Origin: Promethearchaeota archaeon
Lineage (GTDB): Archaea > Asgardarchaeota > Lokiarchaeia > Sigyniarchaeales > SOKP01
Direction: 5' to 3'
Length of the DNA stretch: 64,000 bases
Assembly: GCA_048940925.1 (NCBI GenBank)
Contig: JBHLOC010000001.1
Coordinates: 192,001-256,000, forward strand
Shown here: one piece after another, positions 60,455 through 64,000 of the stretch
Layout: each line of letters begins with the position of its first letter
Numbering within the stretch: position 1 is the stretch's first letter
Program-made: the position numbers and the translations under genes
Notes under the pieces: model-generated
What the model saw: the letters and a program-made list of their open reading frames with translations, nothing else
Told to the model about the DNA's origin: nothing
Database searches by the model: none

Positions 60455-62131
60455 TTATAGTTTATTCCCACATTTATTACAAAAAGCGTAATCAGCTGAT
60501 AATATTGCACCACATTGTTTACATACTATTATCTCTTTTTTTGAAGGTTTTTGTTGAGTTTTTTGAGTTGCTGGGGCAGATTGAATTGGAGTAAAACCAC
60601 TAGCTTGACTTTCTAAGTTAGTTACATTAGGTATGATTCTCAATTTACTAGGTTCTTGAATTTTTAATTCTTCCCCTGCTGAAAATGGAACGAATGGAGA
60701 AGTAGAAGCTTCTTCTGATTTTTGAGTTAAAGCTTGAAAAAGAGTAGACTGTTCAGATGTTTCAGTTTGAGCTGTAGGGATGCGCTCTGATACAGAAGGT
60801 TGAGATTCAACATGATTTAAATTTTCTTTCTTATCTTTCTTTGGTTTCTCTTTCTTTTCTTTCTTAGCTTTTTTCATATCATCAATTAATTTTTGTTGTT
60901 TTTCTTTCTCTGCCTGAATTCTTTTCTCTTTTTCTTCTTTCTTTTTCTGTTTTTCAATTTTTTTTTTCTCTTTCTTAGATAAAATAGGCTCAGGCATATA
61001 ATCCACTAATGATTGAGATTTGGATTTATTAGTATCTTGCGCTACAAGAAAAGGAGTAGTTTTTTCAGAGGATTTCTCTATTGATGTTAAATTCTGATTT
61101 GATTGAAATTCCTTGGGTGCTGGTGCGGGAACAGGAACATTTGATGTGAAAGGAGCAGCTCTTGGTTTATATGTTTCACCACTTGTAGCTGCTTGGAAAG
61201 AAGTGATTCTAGATGTCGTTTGTTCTCGTAGTTTTTCTTCAGCTAATATTTCTTCTGGGGTTTTAAATTCAAAATCAGTTGGTGTTTTTTCCATTTCCAT
61301 TATAGGTTCTGGAATTGGGATTTCAGGTTCAAACTCAGATTCAAATGTAGATTTAGATTCGGAAGACTTCACAGAAATAGGTTCAGGAACTGGGGGAGCC
61401 GAATAATCAAACTCTGGTTCTGGTTCAAACTTACTACTAGAATGTTGTTTTTCATCTATCATAGGTTCAGGAACTGGGGGAGCCGAATAATCAAATTCCG
61501 ATTTTATTTGAGGTATTGATGGTATAGAAGTCGCCGAAGTCGTGATAGGAACATGACCAGGTTGATAAACAACACCACTCGAGATAAGTTGATCTGGAAC
61601 CCCAGAACCTATCATTAAGCAAGCAAGTATGTAAAAACAGTCCCCAACCCCTTCACCAGTTTTGGCTGAAGTTTCCATATAATATAAGTTAAAATTATTA
61701 GTAAACTTATTGATCTCCTCTAAAGAGATAGCTCTTTGATCAAATAAATCACTTTTATTTCCTACAAGTAAGAGTGGAATCTCAGTTTTCACATTTACTC
61801 TAATTTCTTCTATCCATCCAGGTAAATGCTCAAAACTTGCTGAATTTGTTAAGTCAAAAATTAATAATGCTCCTAAGGAACCCCTATAATACATAGGTCT
61901 TATCGAACTGAAACGTTCTTGACCTCCAGTATCCCATATCTGTAATTTTGCACGTATAGGTCCCTCATCAGTATCGATTGTAATTGTTTTTACATGAAAA
62001 TCGACTCCAATAGTCATTTTGTAGTCTTCAGTGAAAAATCCTTTTGAAAATCGTAAAGTTAGTGCTGTCTTTCCTACCCCTCCATCTCCTACAACAATCG
62101 ATTTGAAAAGATAATCATATTCTTCAGCCAT
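60455..62131 (-). CDS. Rab-like small GTPase with long Pro/Glu-rich tail and C-terminal zinc ribbon
   Basis: YDYLFK, GDGGVGKT, TIGVDF, WDTGGQERF, GNKSD, ETSAK; tail ending CKQC..CNKC. Confidence 0.93.
   Translation of the reverse strand: MAEEYDYLFKSIVVGDGGVGKTALTLRFSKGFFTEDYKMTIGVDFHVKTITIDTDEGPIRAKLQIWDTGGQERFSSIRPMYYRGSLGALLIFDLTNSASFEHLPGWIEEIRVNVKTEIPLLLVGNKSDLFDQRAISLEEINKFTNNFNLYYMETSAKTGEGVGDCFYILACLMIGSGVPDQLISSGVVYQPGHVPITTSATSIPSIPQIKSEFDYSAPPVPEPMIDEKQHSSSKFEPEPEFDYSAPPVPEPISVKSSESKSTFESEFEPEIPIPEPIMEMEKTPTDFEFKTPEEILAEEKLREQTTSRITSFQAATSGETYKPRAAPFTSNVPVPAPAPKEFQSNQNLTSIEKSSEKTTPFLVAQDTNKSKSQSLVDYMPEPILSKKEKKKIEKQKKKEEKEKRIQAEKEKQQKLIDDMKKAKKEKKEKPKKDKKENLNHVESQPSVSERIPTAQTETSEQSTLFQALTQKSEEASTSPFVPFSAGEELKIQEPSKLRIIPNVTNLESQASGFTPIQSAPATQKTQQKPSKKEIIVCKQCGAILSADYAFCNKCGNKL
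61377..61495. repeat. 35-bp perfect direct repeat (61377-61411 and 61461-61495) encoding FDYSAPPVPEP twice
   Basis: ATAGGTTCAGGAACTGGGGGAGCCGAATAATCAAA occurs twice, 84 nt apart. Confidence 0.92.
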
Positions 62132-62459
62132 TACATGCTCACTGCTTCCAAATTAAATTAACATATTTATGAAATTTTTCTAAAAAGTTATATCTTATTT
62201 ATATTATAACTATAAATACAAATTTATAATTTTATTTATATGCTTTCAACGATATTCCGTGATTTTGCTAATAATAAATTAAGATATCTTTATATTATTT
62301 CCTTTTAAAATCTACGAGAAAGTTTTGCCCTAATATTAAGCAAATGAAAAATTTAGCTCAAATTAACCAAATATAACTCCTTTGATTTCAAATATAATTA
62401 CTTCCTTTATAATAAGGTTTTTTATTTAAGGTTCATATTCTTTTTTTACATGTTTAGAT

Positions 62460-63503
62460 TTGAGGTTAATTTCAATGGTAGAGCCCAAAGATATTGATTT
62501 TTATTCATTAGGTTTCAATTTTATTGAAACAAAGACTATGTTTGTTTCTAATTATAAGAATGGTAAATGGGATGAGGGCAAACTAGAACCCTTTGGAAAC
62601 TTTGAAATATCACCTGCTTCATGCGTTCTAAATTATGGACAAGGGATATTCGAGGGAATGAAAGCCCTAAAAGCTAAAAACGGAGAAATCACGTTGTTTC
62701 GACCGGAAGAAAATGGAAAAAGGTTTAATTTCAGCGCTAAGAGAATGCTGATGCCGGAATATGACTTAAATAAATTCTTAGATGCCATTAAAAAAGTTGT
62801 TAAAGTTAATGAAGATTATATTCCTCCATATGATAGTGGTGGTGCTCTATATATAAGACCTATATTATTTGGTTCTGGTCCAATCTTAGGAGTATCTTCA
62901 GCAAATGAGTTTAAACTAATTATTTATACCGTTCCTGTCGGGCCTTACTTCCCTGAAGGATTTAAAGGTATTGATCTAGAAATATCAAAAAAATATACGA
63001 GAGCTGCTCCAGGAGGAACTGGCTCAGCTAAAACAATTTGTAATTATGCTGGTACAATGCTGCCCGCAAAAGAAACAAAACAGAGAGGATATGCTCAGAT
63101 TTTATATTTAGATGCTATTATGATGGAATACATTGAAGAAGTCGGGACTGCCAATTTTTTTGGATTAATAAATAACAAATTGGCTACTCCAAGAAAAACT
63201 GGAACAATTCTTGAAGGAATAACGAGAGAATCAATTTTATTACTTACTTCAAAAAAACTTAGTTTTAAAGTTGAAGAGCGAGATATTTCATATAATGAAT
63301 TATTCGAAGATGGCTGCACCGAAGCTTTTTGTACTGGAACTGCAGCTGTTATAACACCAATTGCTTCAGTTACTTTAGAAGGAAAACAACGAGTGTTTAA
63401 TAATAGAGAACCTGGAGAGTTAACAAAAAAATTGTACAAAATTTTGACAGGAATTCAACGTCTAGATATTGAAGATGAATTTGGATGGATTGTTAAAGTC
63501 TGA
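62460..63503 (+). CDS. ilvE: Branched-chain amino-acid aminotransferase (start possibly ATG 62475)
   Basis: NYGQGIFEGMKA, LYIRP, KTICNY, EVGTAN, ILEGITR, GTAAVITP. Confidence 0.95.
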   Translation: MRLISMVEPKDIDFYSLGFNFIETKTMFVSNYKNGKWDEGKLEPFGNFEISPASCVLNYGQGIFEGMKALKAKNGEITLFRPEENGKRFNFSAKRMLMPEYDLNKFLDAIKKVVKVNEDYIPPYDSGGALYIRPILFGSGPILGVSSANEFKLIIYTVPVGPYFPEGFKGIDLEISKKYTRAAPGGTGSAKTICNYAGTMLPAKETKQRGYAQILYLDAIMMEYIEEVGTANFFGLINNKLATPRKTGTILEGITRESILLLTSKKLSFKVEERDISYNELFEDGCTEAFCTGTAAVITPIASVTLEGKQRVFNNREPGELTKKLYKILTGIQRLDIEDEFGWIVKV

Positions 63504-63529
63504 GGTAATTTATTCTTTTCATCCCAATA

Positions 63530-64000
63530 TTAATTTGAGAGCTTTCTAATAAACTCATCAAAAGCACGTTTTACATTATGTCCTGTCTTCGATGATATCC
63601 TCAAGTATCCAATAATATTATTATATTTTTTTGTTAATTCTAACACATAATCATCAAAAATTTTATAATTATCATCATCCATTTGGTCACTTTTATTACC
63701 TAAAATAAAAGCAGGAATACTTCCATAAACTTTTAACTTTTTTATCCATTCTTCAATATTTACAAGTGTCTTGAATCTTGAAAAATCAAACAATACAAAA
63801 GCAGCGAGTGAACCATCAACAAAATTGGATAATAACCGTTTAAAATGATTTTGCCCGGCAAAATCCCACATGATGAATTTATATTCATGTCCGTTTATTT
63901 GAATATCTTTTGAGAAAAAGTCAACACCTATCGTTAATTCGCTATTCGCATCAAATTTATCATGAATTAATCGATTAAGAAATGAAGTTTTACCTACTCC
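63530..64000 (-). CDS. Rab-like small GTPase, 5' end outside the window
   Basis: Frame open to the window edge: GVGKTS..LTIGVDF..WDFAGQ..GNKSD..SSKTG. Confidence 0.9.
   Translation of the reverse strand, partial: GVGKTSFLNRLIHDKFDANSELTIGVDFFSKDIQINGHEYKFIMWDFAGQNHFKRLLSNFVDGSLAAFVLFDFSRFKTLVNIEEWIKKLKVYGSIPAFILGNKSDQMDDDNYKIFDDYVLELTKKYNNIIGYLRISSKTGHNVKRAFDEFIRKLSN

Noticed and set aside
61377-61495. 35-bp direct repeat considered as a CRISPR remnant or attachment site
   Set aside because: Only two copies, in frame within a coding region, and no cas or integrase genes
3721-63439. Short antisense or alternate-frame ORFs in the track (e.g. 3721-3912, 4966-5148, 5744-6037, 6046-6297, 10537-10872, 16182-16466, 33226-33513, 38619-38903, 47634-47936, 58242-58631, 61113-61406, 63095-63439)
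   Set aside because: They overlap well-supported genes and show typical shadow-ORF composition with no motifs

Overview
Very AT-rich, gene-dense chromosomal segment of an archaeon, almost certainly an Asgard archaeon (Lokiarchaeia-like). The evidence is PolD, Cdc6/Orc1, unsplit Rpo2, TFE, PAN, Elf1 and pelota, together with eukaryotic-signature proteins: three Rab-like GTPases (one fused to a roadblock domain), a longin-like protein and a TMEM258/OST5-like protein. Most of the window is housekeeping. Candidates worth follow-up, all from motif recognition by eye and untested by search: (1) a possible actin-nucleation/membrane-shaping module, made of a WASH/WAVE-like coiled-coil + polyproline + C-helix protein, an adjacent SNX-BAR-like helical protein, and a 51-aa WH2-motif ORF missing from the ORF track; (2) an 8-gene minus-strand operon with a KITE (Nse1/Nse3-MAGE-like) protein, a short SMC-like protein with degenerate ATPase heads, an IetA-like AAA+ ATPase, a tandem PC4-like zinc-ribbon protein and several winged-helix proteins; (3) three tRNA genes carrying four introns, none at the canonical 37/38 position; (4) tandem AN1-zinc-finger membrane proteins (an M50 protease and a catalytically dead rhomboid); (5) two genes whose domain boundaries imply non-canonical start codons. 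No CRISPR array, rRNA or transposase was seen.
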